Shown here: piece by piece, positions 12,547 to 25,300 of the stretch
How positions within the stretch are numbered: the first letter of the stretch is position 1
How the letters are laid out: each line of letters opens with the position of its first letter
NCBI RefSeq assembly: GCF_037042905.1
Contig: NC_087249.1
Location: forward strand, 7,442,001 to 7,506,000
Source: Lytechinus pictus
Taxonomy: Eukaryota
Direction: 5' to 3'
DNA: 64,000 nucleotides
Program-made: the position numbers and the translations under genes
The notes under the pieces: generated by a model
Seen by the model: only the letters and a program-made list of their open reading frames with translations
What the model was told of the DNA's origin: nothing
The model's database searches: none

Positions 12547-13121
12547 CTCCTGCCTAGCCAAGAGGCTTCTAGACATGCTAGAGAGTAAAAATAATTTACT
12601 AACGTATGCTTACTCTCTACGAAGCCAGGGATTCCATTGCATTCATCTACACGTACCGCCAAAAACCCTCAAATTTCGTCCCCAAGATTTCTACTTTTCT
12701 TCTAAATGTTCTACATTGTAGCCCTAAATCATGTAAATGAGATACAACTTCATTTCTACGCTATCGATTTCATTTTTAAACAAAAATTCATTTTAAAAAT
12801 GAGAAAAATATTATGAAAAGACGGGGGAGACTTGCCCAAATGTTTACGCCGCCATCTTGTTTTTCATTGTTGATCGCTAATGTTACGGACGCCGTGTCCG
12901 TATAACGATCAACACCACACGGATCCATGCAGAAGAAATGTCTAATGTCCTTTTTTTATAAGAAGATGTATAAGAATTGATCCATTTCTCTATTTTTTTT
13001 TTTTTAATATAGACTAAAAGTGAAATCATATTGAGCATGATGAAACTTATGACTTATGAAAGCAAGTACCATGTCGTGAGAAGATAGTTGGAAACAAAGA
13101 GAGACAAATTTGCCATAGACC

Positions 13122-13351
13122 ATGGTCTCCGATACTCAACCGGTGAGCGTGGGGCCGGGGCTCTCTCGGGATGGGTCAGGTTTTATAGAAGACATTGAAG
13201 ATGAAGGGGAAGGATTTGAGGAGGAACTGGAAGGAGAGGGAGACGTCGGAGATATTGGGGACAGCGGGGTGGAAGACACGGCGGAAACGCCAGATGCTTC
13301 ATCATCCAAGACCGATTCCGTGGTGAAAAAGAAGAGGAGGAGAAAAAAGAA
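13122..13351 (+). CDS. TTLL6: TTLL6/13 coding exon 1 (acidic N-terminus, KKKRRRKKK)
   Basis: ATG 13122; AA|gtgagt donor; acceptor tttttaatatag ending 13012 implies an upstream UTR exon. Confidence 0.85.
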
Positions 13352-16300
13352 GTGAGTTCTTGCAATATTTTCAAGTTTTATTCTATTCATAACCTAATAT
13401 TACAATTTACTAAACATTCTATAATGAACTAAAAAAGTGATAATTTTCCATTTGAAAATTTATCAGACTTTAATACAAAGAAATACCAAGTAAGTAATCT
13501 ACAAAATTTCTTTTAGTTGCATGCAAATGAAGTCTCATTTGAAGTGTTGCCATGTGATAAGTAAAGACATGGACTGTTTACTTAAAATACAAATACATGT
13601 ATATCCGATAATATATTGAGAAATAATGAATGCATGTGATGTATTACATGTACATTGTACCAATTTGATATCCTTTTCATTGCCGAAATAAAATGATAAT
13701 AAATAATGATAATAATAACCAATAACCAATTGATTTACTTATAAGTACATGTAGTAGCGCAACAAAACATTGCTTGTGTTATATTCAATATCAATGCCCT
13801 GAACATCAAGTACTGATACATGTACAGTAGCAAAGTTTGGGTAGCTTGAACACTTCCATTTTTTAAGTTTCCTCTTGACAAAATTTCCCCACCTTTATGG
13901 AATGAACCATTCTTACATTTACTGAAACCTTTCTTTCTACTTTTTTTATGTTTGAACAGAATTATTGGTATTAACCTCTCGAGCTGCAAATATGAGTCAG
14001 GTGAGCTTTATAGTGATAGTTGCCTAAATGTTTTTGTCCATTACATATATATGTATCAGCATACATCAGTGAGATAAGTTACATGAAGGTATCATGGTTC
14101 TGAATGTAGAATTTGTCTTTCAAAAAACAATGCATCTTATCATATTTGTTAATTGTAGTGAACATTGAACTGATAAGATTTTGTTTGTGTAAATACATCA
14201 AAGATGATTGTCTATGCTACATGTAGAAAGCAAATGAACGGTACATTAGAAGCTTGAAAGGAAATAGCAAATTTACTGAAATAATGAATGTAATAAAAGC
14301 CGTCATCAGTTTTCAGTTGAGGTCACCTTAGATTTAAGACAGGAAGTCTAGTTTAATGAGTGAATTACTTGTTGATAAACTTGTTTTCACAAATAGTCTC
14401 ATGTTTAAATGTGACAGACTATTTTTCCTTGATGTTTTAATGTTAACTTTGTTAACACACTGGGAATATATCATTGGAAAGTAAATATCAATATGAATGA
14501 ATTTTCATGTTTTCCGCCCATTCTTATAATTAACTTTTTTTTGCATCAATTCACATTCAATCATTTTTTTTATTTGCAAGGCCACCTTTCTTCATATTAT
14601 ATCACAAATGGAAAAGAATCTCCCAAGGACAATTTACATGGGTTTTGTGATAATTATGAAAAAAGTAATTCATAACTTTCAAAGCAAATGTGGGTTTAAT
14701 ACCATTGTACTGATTTTGTTGAAGAAAAGAAACTGTTATTTTAAACTTTGATTTGCTTACAGTTCGAAGAATGTCCAAGAAGTTTGGGATGAAAGAAGTC
14801 GGGGAGGATGAAGACTGGACGCTCTACTGGACTGATTGGACTGTACCGTTGGAGAGGGTCATGGAGATGAAGAAATACCAAGTAAGTCATCTACAAAATT
14901 TCTTATACTTCTTCATACACCAATGAAGTAGAGTCGATATGTCATTAGTAGAGACATGTAATAAATAAATTCAGACTGTTTACTTAAGATATAAATACAT
15001 CGGATATAAATTTATTTGGAGAATAATGAATAGCGAGTCGCCAATTAATTTACTTATGAGCAGATATCTAGCTCAGCTTCAGATATTTTGAAAAAAAAAT
15101 GCAAATCAATGTTTTTGTAAGTAAATGTACATACGTAGCTCTAGTCATTCACACTTAAGTAAAAAAAAAAATCCATATTTCATTGTTCGAAATAGACATC
15201 AGAAATGAAATACTCCGAATTTTTTTTGGCCCAATTGATCGTGGGCCAAAGACCATTGTCAAGATGTTTTTAACAAAAAATACATTTATGCAATGGTCTT
15301 TTCTAGTATTTTTGTTAAATATAACGTAAATAAAAAAGAATGGCAAGGAAACCCCTTTTTATAGTTCCATCGGCCAACCCCTCCCCTCCCCCACCCAAAG
15401 TGTAACAGATTTTTATTGTTGAAATATTATTTTGGACACAATATACAAACATCTAGGAACAGGCTTCTGCAGTTTGATAATAATAATAATAATGATAATA
15501 ATAATGATAAAGATTGATTTATTATAGCGCATAGTAGAAAAAATCTCTCTCCATGCACTTAACAGTGTAAGACATAAATATTAACATAGTATAAAACAAA
15601 GTAATTGTAAGAATAAAAACTAGCTAAAGGATAAACATCACCAATACAGCATGAAAATAAAACTAAGCATAATTAAACCAAAGTTAAGCATAAGGCATAA
15701 TTTGTCAATAATATGTAAATATTCATTTATTATCGTACAATCGGAATAAACTAGTGATATTAACACAAAGGATGGGGAGACAAAGTGATTATCATGTTTT
15801 GAGGTTCATCATTGCTTGAAGTGTTCAACAAGTAAAAAGTGGATTTTAGTCAGGAAGTTTTTGATTATTAAGTGAGCATGATCTCTCCCCACGTGAAAGC
15901 AGATACATCCCTTCCCCTCCCCCTTCACTGGTTGCCCTCCACAGAAGTCCAGGCTAATTCATGATACACACATGACTGGTGTGCTTGGCAGTTTAATACA
16001 CTGTAATCGACTAATTTAATTATCAAGTCAACCAGCCAAGTGTATATGTATACATGTACACATGTTTTGGGCAGTGCCTCAGATACTGTGCATTACTACA
16101 ACCCTTCGATGCATACTGTTTAGAAAATAGTTTGTTGATTGTACATTCAGAAATTTATACACCTGTAGGTAAATTTCCAGGCCCCTGGAATGCCCAAAAT
16201 ATGCTGTAGCCAATAAAGTTTCACAAGATTTTTCCTGTAAACTACAGAAGGGTTAAATACATGTATAAAATGTGCTTTATTATATGAACAGAAGGGGCAA

Positions 16301-19300
16301 ACATAGGGTTCAGAAAATCTAATTTTCCCCAATTTCTATGTACATATAGATTGCATTATGCACAGTATATTATAAGTATTCTCCAATACATCTGATTTAC
16401 TGATTTTTTAAAATCTTGATATAAAAGATATAGCTTATTTCTAGGGCTCTTATGGATAACCGCTTTATCGCTAGTCTTGTCGATAATCGCCTGTTTTTTT
16501 GCCACTTAGCGATATCGATAACCTTTCTCTCGTTGTCGATAATACCGGCTATTATGTAGGGACGCGACAGTGATTTTCCGCGATTTCTCAGATATGGCCT
16601 TTTGAAAGTGACTTTTCAAACGTGAAATCACGGAAAACTTTTTTTTCCTCAAAATGTTTTGAACAGCAACAGAAATTACTCCAAAATCTCAACAAAATAT
16701 GAATATTTACAAGCCACAAAACACGATCTCACTTCTCTATAATCATGACAATCCAAACATTGTGACTGCACTCAACCCTATTCGATCGTATATCAAAAAC
16801 ATTCACAAGCGCAGGCTTAATTTTAGCAAAGTACCAACATAGAAGTCAGCACACGGCCGTGTGTTGCTGCCCTCTACGTTTGAAGATGTACAGTACGATA
16901 TCAAAATGGCGGATAGGCGAAAGGCGTTGACTGCTCAGAACGATGTCCAAAAAGCCCCCAAATTATCGATAAAACTTCATCCAACCTATAACGTGAAAGG
17001 TGAGGATGTATTTATGCTAAATATGTTTTTTATAAAGATGTTATGTAACCGTTCACATCTTATGAACGCGGATTTAAGGCGTTCTTGGTACAGTGGCAGA
17101 TACAAATTTTGACCAACGCGAGTATTGTGTCATCGCTATAATGCATAAAAAATGCTTATTGATTATGTTCTTTTGTCGATAGTTATCGATATCGATAAGG
17201 TATTTTAAGCGACATATTGACAGAATTTTCGGAACGATAACAGCCCTACTTATTTCAAAGCTACATATACAGTAGTTGAATTACAGCAAACTAAATCTTG
17301 TCTGAAGTGCACTCTCTAAAAAGAGACCTACATTTTGTGTTTTACAAGAGAAATTGAAATCATTCATTTGACCTCACAACTACATGTATCACGTTGCTGT
17401 TCAAACCACTGATCCTTCGCTAAGCGCTAGAATTTCATTTTGTTTGCTTGAACAGAAAGTCAACCACTTTCCTGGAATGACTGAGATCTGCCGCAAGGAC
17501 CTTCTGGCTCGCAACATGACCCGGTTACTCAAGCTGTTCCCCAAGGATTATGCTATCTTCCCTCGCACCTGGGTGCTCCCCGCAGAGTAAGTTTGTAAAC
17601 ATGACAGAGCAGATTTGTTCCTGCTATTATTAGGATGATGTGGGTTGGGAAGTGTTTTTTTTTTTTGGGGGGGGAGGCTGAAGCGGCCAAATTGTGTAAA
17701 GACACATTTAGCATGTTTGCTGAATTCTGCAAAGCGAGATACACAAGGCCTCGAGTATAATATATATTTAGACAGAAGAAAATGAGCATGCAAATTATTT
17801 CTGGATATTAGTTTTCTTGATTTATATAGAGACTTAAATACTCTAAATTGTCCAATCACTAAATTTTCAAACAATTAACATATCAGCAAATAATAAATTC
17901 AGGGGTCCGTTTCATAAAGAGTTACAACTGTTGTAACTTTGCAGTCATGGCAACTACATGTACCATGGCGACAGGGCTCACAGAGGTGAATGGGTACCTG
18001 GTAGGAAGAAATTCCTTGAATGCTTTAGCGCCTATATGACAGCACAGTTATAACTGGGGTAATAATAGCTGCGCTTTGTACATGTATCCTCAGGCAAAAA
18101 GCGCTTAATTAATCCAGCTATTATTATCATTATCTTTATAGTTATGGTGACTACCAGGCATTCTGTCGGACTAAGAAGAACAAGACGTACATCTGTAAAC
18201 CAGAGAGTGGATGTCAAGGAAAGGGGATCTTCATCACCAAGAACCCTAAAGATATCAAACCTGGGGAACACATGGTCTGCCAACAATACCTCTCAAAGGT
18301 AATAACATCAATATTAAATTATATAAACATTATGCCATATTTTGACTGTTATTATTATTATTGTTATGTTTTTATTTAGAATTGATGCAGTCATTGTTTT
18401 TCTTTTGCTTTTTTTTATTATTTGATTTTAATGTTATATGATATATTAGCAAAGATAATGACATTAATATCTTTAACCCTATCTAGGCCGGGGTATTTTG
18501 GGAGTTCATATGGCCGGGGGGGGGGGGGGGGGGGGGGGGGACTGGGAACCCTTGAGATCTTGGCCGTCGACCGCGCGATCGCGCCGAAAATTGGCACGCG
18601 AGTTGTCTATGATATAATCTACAAAATTGTATATTGATTAATTTCATGCGAATTGTTATTAAGTAATTATGCTAATTTATGCGTAATTAGTATGCGAAAT
18701 TATACTTTTTCCTCTAACTCCATAAATAAAGCTCCAAATGTTCTAATTTTTAGCATAGAAACTCTTTGTGGTGTTCTTAGCAAGTTTACATGAAAAAAAT
18801 TGTGATATCTGGGCCCCGTCTTACAAAGATTTGAGATTAATCTGATCAATCGCAACTATGGACGGCCAGCAAGGTCAACATATAAAATACATGTTTGTTA
18901 AAATAAAATTTTTAGATATAAATGTATATCCATAAATTCATTGATTTCTTGACAATTTGGTGTGTTCTCCTTTGTTTACAAGGACATCTTACAAATTTCC
19001 TGTAGAAGAAATTATGTCACTGATGGATTTCCATAGAGTTACGATTGATTGGATCGATCGTAACTCTTTGTAAGACGGGGCCCAGATCAATTTCTTATGT
19101 ATTATATTGTTTTTTGCAATTTATTTGTTTTTTGGATCCTTTGTTTTTCATTGTTTTTTCAATGAAATTCGTTGGGGACTCTTCTAAGATCATAAACAGC
19201 ATAAAAAACATACATTTAGATCAACAAAACTAAAAATAATCATACATTTATGATTTTTGGTTGAAAACACAATTTACATTGACTTTGTACACGAAATCAC

Positions 19301-22300
19301 GTTTTTGAGCAATTTTTGGTCTGACATGCACTTACATTGCATAATTTCGAAACCGCGTACCCGGGTGATGCAAAATTGGTCTCAAAAGTTGCGCAAGACT
19401 TGAAAGTAAAAAGTCAGCGAGCAGCGCAGTCAAAAAAATTTGCGCGGCTCGTTGAGGGGGGGGGGGCCTCGGAGCCCCCGTCCTAGATAGGGTTAAATAT
19501 CTATGTATACATGTACAATATAATTTTGAAAGTTATCATTATCTTTCAATCAATGCAGTCATAATTTTTTTTCCTCTGCTTTTCTTATTATTTTATTGTA
19601 ATGTTATATGATGTTCTATCAATGGGGAAAATGGATAACATTTCTAGATAAATATTTTATATGCTATCTTTGTTATTTATATTGTTATGTCATGTATTTT
19701 TGTTATGATAAAAATGCATTTTTAATGTGCTCGGCCGCGCGACCCGCCGAGCATCTCTAGTTTTATATGATATACAGTGAGGAAAAACAGACTAAATTTC
19801 TTGATGCATATGATTTCCAGACACTGATGAATAAAATAAAGCCTTCTGTTAATTGATTAAATGCAGATTATACCTCTGTTTCTACATTTCCTTCTTGATT
19901 TGTAGAGATTTTGAATACAGGATCATCCTCTGTGCTTTAACAGTCTCTTTCAAGGGATGAACTGCTGTATATGTATTCTTTATTTTCTTTTGTTTGGCAG
20001 CCCTTCCTCATCGATGGCTACAAGTTTGATTTCCGAATCTATGTCGTGGTGACATCTTGTGATCCGTTCAGGATATACGTCTATAAAGATGGCCTTGTCC
20101 GCTTTGCCACCGTGAAGTACACGGATCCAACCAATAACAATGTTGTGAGTATACATTACGTATAGTCCAATTTATTTCATATTTTGGAAAGGAATGACGT
20201 ACATTGCCTTCTCTATGCATAGATTAGCCATGTATCTTCAAGCAGTTTAAATTGCAAAATATTCTATACTCTACTAGTTTTTTTTTTTTTTTTTTGAGCC
20301 CTTTTGTTTGTATAATTTGTAATGGGGAGGGGGGGGGGCAGGAAGCAGTAAACCAATGCAAGTGCCAGCCATGAGTCTTTTGTTTGAGTCCAACAAATTG
20401 TTGATATGTTGGTAAATTTATCCCAATTACAAAAATTAATTAGCATTCTTTAAAACTTTGGCCACCCTCCCCCTTAAAAAAACCCAACTTTCTTTCACAA
20501 TTTTACGTATTTGTCATAATTATCATTTTAATTTTTGAATAAAAAAAAAGATGTATGGGTCCCCCACCCTGTCTCAATTGAAATTCTTGAAATGACTTGA
20601 AAACTAAATCACATCATAAAAGGCATGTTTACTTAGCTAAGAGTTGTGTTGGTGTAAATAAATCACATTATTTTGTTTCTATTTTTCTTAATACAGGATG
20701 ATGTTTGTATGCATCTCACTAACTACGCTATCAACAAACACAGCTCAGACTTCATAAGAGACGATGAAAGTGGTCACAAAAGGTCAGTTTCTTTGTAGTA
20801 TTTTTACCTTTTAACAAATATACATTTTGATGTTAATCAATTATTCAAAATGTGCATACTTGTTAAACATAAAGCTGAACTTATGATTTATTACATTTTA
20901 TTTTTGTCTATCTGAAACACATTCAACCTTATCTAAAAATCTACCAATTTTCCCATCACACAAATTTGGTATATAATCTTTGTGAAAGATTTGTTCTATT
21001 CTGCACTTCTAAAACCTTTCTGAAATCTTTTAAGTTACCTGCCATTATCATAATATTATGTTTCCATTGTGAGCCAATTTTCCATGTCTAGGAATATATG
21101 CATCAATTTGTATTGTTACAATTGATTCAATAGAGATAAGGTTGAATGGGATAAAACAATATTGATTGAATTATGCTCATCTGTATAGATGAGATCATTA
21201 GTAAAGATAAGATTATTTTGATGGACAAAGAAAATAATTGATTTTTTTAAAGAAGAAATGCCTCAATTTTATTTCAGGGCACTGTTATAGTATTATATTA
21301 TGTATTTCATTATGTAGCATAAACCTTTTTCATGAAATATAAATGTACAATAGTGCAAATATATATTCTTACATGAATTTATTAGAAAAATATACCCTTT
21401 TTCATGAAAAATCAATGTACAAAGGTACAAATACAGATTTTCGCATGAATTTATTGAGAAAATATTTGCAACTATCTGTAGACATGTGTTTAAATTGAAA
21501 TGTGCCTTCCTGACTCTAAGGCCAGTTGACATATATGTATGCTAAATGTACAGGTGTTTTAGACCAAGTGGCCTGGGGTTCAAATCCCTTCTTGGTATTA
21601 GAGTCTTGCAGTAAGATTTAAATGAGCATTTGTCACTTTCTACCACTTACGTTAAATGGGTAGGATCCAAAGGTCAAAGGTCATTGTGACTGGTTCACAC
21701 TGACATGTTTACAGCGACAGGTTCACACGGTGACATTTTTACACAGTGACTGACTGAAATGCTTCCTCGGTGAGTGGAGTAGGAGTTCTTTTGTACCAGT
21801 TGGCAAGTCCTGGGTCAAATGACCGGTTAAGGATGTTAAATATGCATTATTGATGCATTAAAGCCATGTTCCAACTTTAAATAAAACGAAATGAATATTC
21901 CCATAGTGTATCAACTATGCTTTCAATGTTTCCATCATCTTTCTTTCTGGATCACCAGGAAAATCACCACAGTCGACCAGTGGTTCAAAAACAACGGCTA
22001 TGACATCGAGAAGATCTGGAGGGACATCCATGACGTGATCATCAAGACCCTGATCACGGCTCACCCGGTCCTCAAGCACAACTACCGCACGTGTTTCCCC
22101 AACCACATCAAGGGCAGTGGGTGCTTTGAGATCTTGGGCTTTGACATCATGCTGGATAAGAAGCTCAAACCATGGTTGATAGAGGTGGGTACTTTTTGTA
22201 AGCACTTGGAGAGCGGAATTTACCTTTTGTCATATTATTGTAAAGTGCTTTGAGCATGTTGATGGAAAACCATTATATAAATATTTGATGTACGTATGTA

Positions 22301-25300
22301 TTTGGGTTGATCACCATGATAACGGCAGTCAAACCTGGTGGGTGTTTCATAAAACTGTTCGTAACTTACGAGCGACTTTAAGAACGACTGATGACCCTTT
22401 CTTTGGAACTAAATCAACACCAATGAAAATCTGGTGTGTATCATTTGAAAGAGGATCACCAGCCGCTGTAAAGTCGCTCGTAACTTACGAACAGCTTTAC
22501 AAAACACACAACTGCTTTAGTGACCACCTGGGGGGTGTTTCATAAAGCTGTACGTAAGTTAAGAGCGACTATAAGAACGACTGATGACCCTTCCTTAACG
22601 CGCTAGCCATCACCAATGAACATTTCGTTGTGTAACAATTACCACAAGAAAGGATCCCCAATGATCTTTCATAAAGTCGCTCGTAACTAACGAACAGTTT
22701 TATGAGACACCTATCTGCTTTAGTGCATACATTCTAACATTACTGTTAAATTACACTTGTTTATTATCAAGTTTTTTAAATGTTTTATTCATTTATTTAT
22801 TTCTATAATAAAATTGTGATTTGAATTTTATACATAAATTACAGTTAAAATTAAATAAATACAAATATGATTCCGTGATGAAGTTATCCTCCATAATGCT
22901 CTTGTGTTCTAGGTAAATCATTCACCCAGCTTCCACACTGATGCCAAACTCGACAAAGAAGTCAAAGAGGGTCTCCTATTTGACACCATGAACATCATCA
23001 ACCTGACTCCGTATGATAAGAAGAAGTGTATGGAGGAAGAGAGGAAAAAGATAAAAGAGAGGCTCCTGGCACGATCCAAGCCAAAAGAATTTAGGTACGT
23101 ACCTTTAAAGATAAATACCAGTTGTGGTAATGATCTCTAAATGAGTTCGAACAGATTCCAATAAAATTACCACCAAAGTGTTTGTATGTATGCATTAAAA
23201 AATATTTGCTGAGAAACGGGCAAAATAAGCTCAGAATTCCATCAAATGTCGGGTACTTTCTGAGCAATATTAATACACTGTCCCACATATGCTTTTCTGG
23301 GTTAGTGATCGTCAGAATTATCGGTTTTGAGCCAAGATTTCATGATTTCACAAAGATAACTTTACATTAATGTACCAGATCGAGATATACATGTATGATA
23401 ATACGGTGACGATTGACCTTGATTCTAAAGACTTTCTCATGAAATAATTGTTTGCTGCAACTACTATGTTTTACTTTTAAGCACTATTATTGTATTAAGC
23501 AAGTACAATTATTGTTGTTATGATAAGAAGTTCATCCATATATATACAATGACATCATAGAATTAAAACCAGTGATGAGTGAACATTTTCGAGGCTTGTG
23601 AATTTCAGTAATTTCAAGCAAACACTCAGCTGGTAATCAGGAAAAATCCATGAAATTGTACTTTTTATAATCTGCTTTCAAACAAAGCATAGTTATGGCT
23701 TAAGATATGATCTTTGAAAGTGCATAATAAAACTTTTAAAGGACAAGTCCACCCCAAGAAAAAGATGATTTGAATAAAAAGAGGAAAATCAAACAAGCAT
23801 AACACTGAAAATTTCATCAAAATCGGATGTGAAATAAGAAAGTTATGATATTTTTAAGTTTCGCTTAATTTCACAAAATAGCACATCCCGGTCGGTATGC
23901 AAATGAGGGAACTGATGACATCACTCACTCACTATTTCTTTTGTATTTTATTATATAAAATATTCAAATTTTCTCCTCATTGTCTTGTGAGAAAAAGTTT
24001 TATTACTCCCTGAACATGTGGAATTATCATTGTTTAACATTTTATGATTCAGTCAAGTTGGTCCTTATTGCCAAATCTGTAAAAATTGAAATATTGTATT
24101 GTATTCAAACAATAAAAAACAAAAGAAATAGTGAGTGAGGGACATCATCGATTTGCTCATTTGCATGTGACTAAATTGTGCATGTAACTATTTTGTGAAA
24201 AATAAGCGAAACTTTAAAATGTCATAACTTTCTTATTTTACAATTTTCAGCATTATGCTTGTCTGATTTTTCTTTATTGATTCAAATCAACATCTTTCTG
24301 AGGTGGACTTGACGTTTAAAGACAATCATTCTGAATCGGTATATACGCTTTATCCCTTTGTTTCACATTACAGGAAAGAGGAATACGAGGACACGTATGA
24401 GAAAGCCGCAGAGGTCCAGCTCAAGTATGAAGAGAATCATATAGGGGGCTTTACCAGGATATACCCCATGGACGACTCGGACAAGTATGAGAAGTACTTC
24501 CAGCACAGTGGCTCCCTCTTTCAAGAAACCGCTGCGTCCAAAGCAAGAGGGGAGTGTGCAAGGTGAGATCAACTCACACCCTCACGGGGGTTTGCTATGG
24601 ATAGTGCATCAGGGACTCGGTTGAATGATCATGAGGGGAGCAATGAAAAGCTCTCCTAAAACTTTTAAGGGGAGTGCTAGGGGAGCCCTGCAAAAAGCTC
24701 ATGTTTGACATATAAAGGGAGCTTTTTTGTGTATCTGTAATTCTTTTATTAGTCCTGTACCTCGTCCGAAAAAACAAGTAACCTAGACTTATTTTCATTG
24801 TTTGTAACTTCCCTTTGTTTTATTTATAATAAAGGTGATATTAAAATAAAAAAAGATGGAGGAATGTACACTAAGTTACAACCCACAACCAAGGGAGACA
24901 AAGTGTCAGATGCCCTGAATATATGCAATATTTATCTCATTTTAAATGTGTGTTATTTATAAAACCTTGACTGAGAATGAGGTTTTCAAGGTTGGCTCTT
25001 ACAGTTTGATCATTAATCATTTTACATTCAGGTTGAGTGATGCCAGAATAGAGATTATACATGGAAGTAAAATGTACAAACATTATTATGTTGCTTGCTT
25101 ACTAGTTTTTCTGCATTTCAGCATTTTTCATTTTATGTCACAAAAAAATCCAAATCGCAGAGGGGAGTAATAAATCACTCTACCTGAAATGGATTAAGGC
25201 GAGCAGTAGCAAGTGATCGCTCTCGCTCCCCTTAAAACTGAGTCCCTGTTGCATTTCTGGGGCCCTTCTTACAAAGAATAGTGATTTATCCAATCAACCA

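Noticed and set aside
21310..21470. ~75-bp tandem duplication (also 18330-18470 versus 19530-19650)
   Set aside because: Ordinary AT-rich intronic duplications with no functional signal
22911..22918. AG|GTAAAT recursive splice site at a TTLL6 exon start
   Set aside because: Dictated by the conserved Val-Asn codons of EVNHSPS; flanking introns are short
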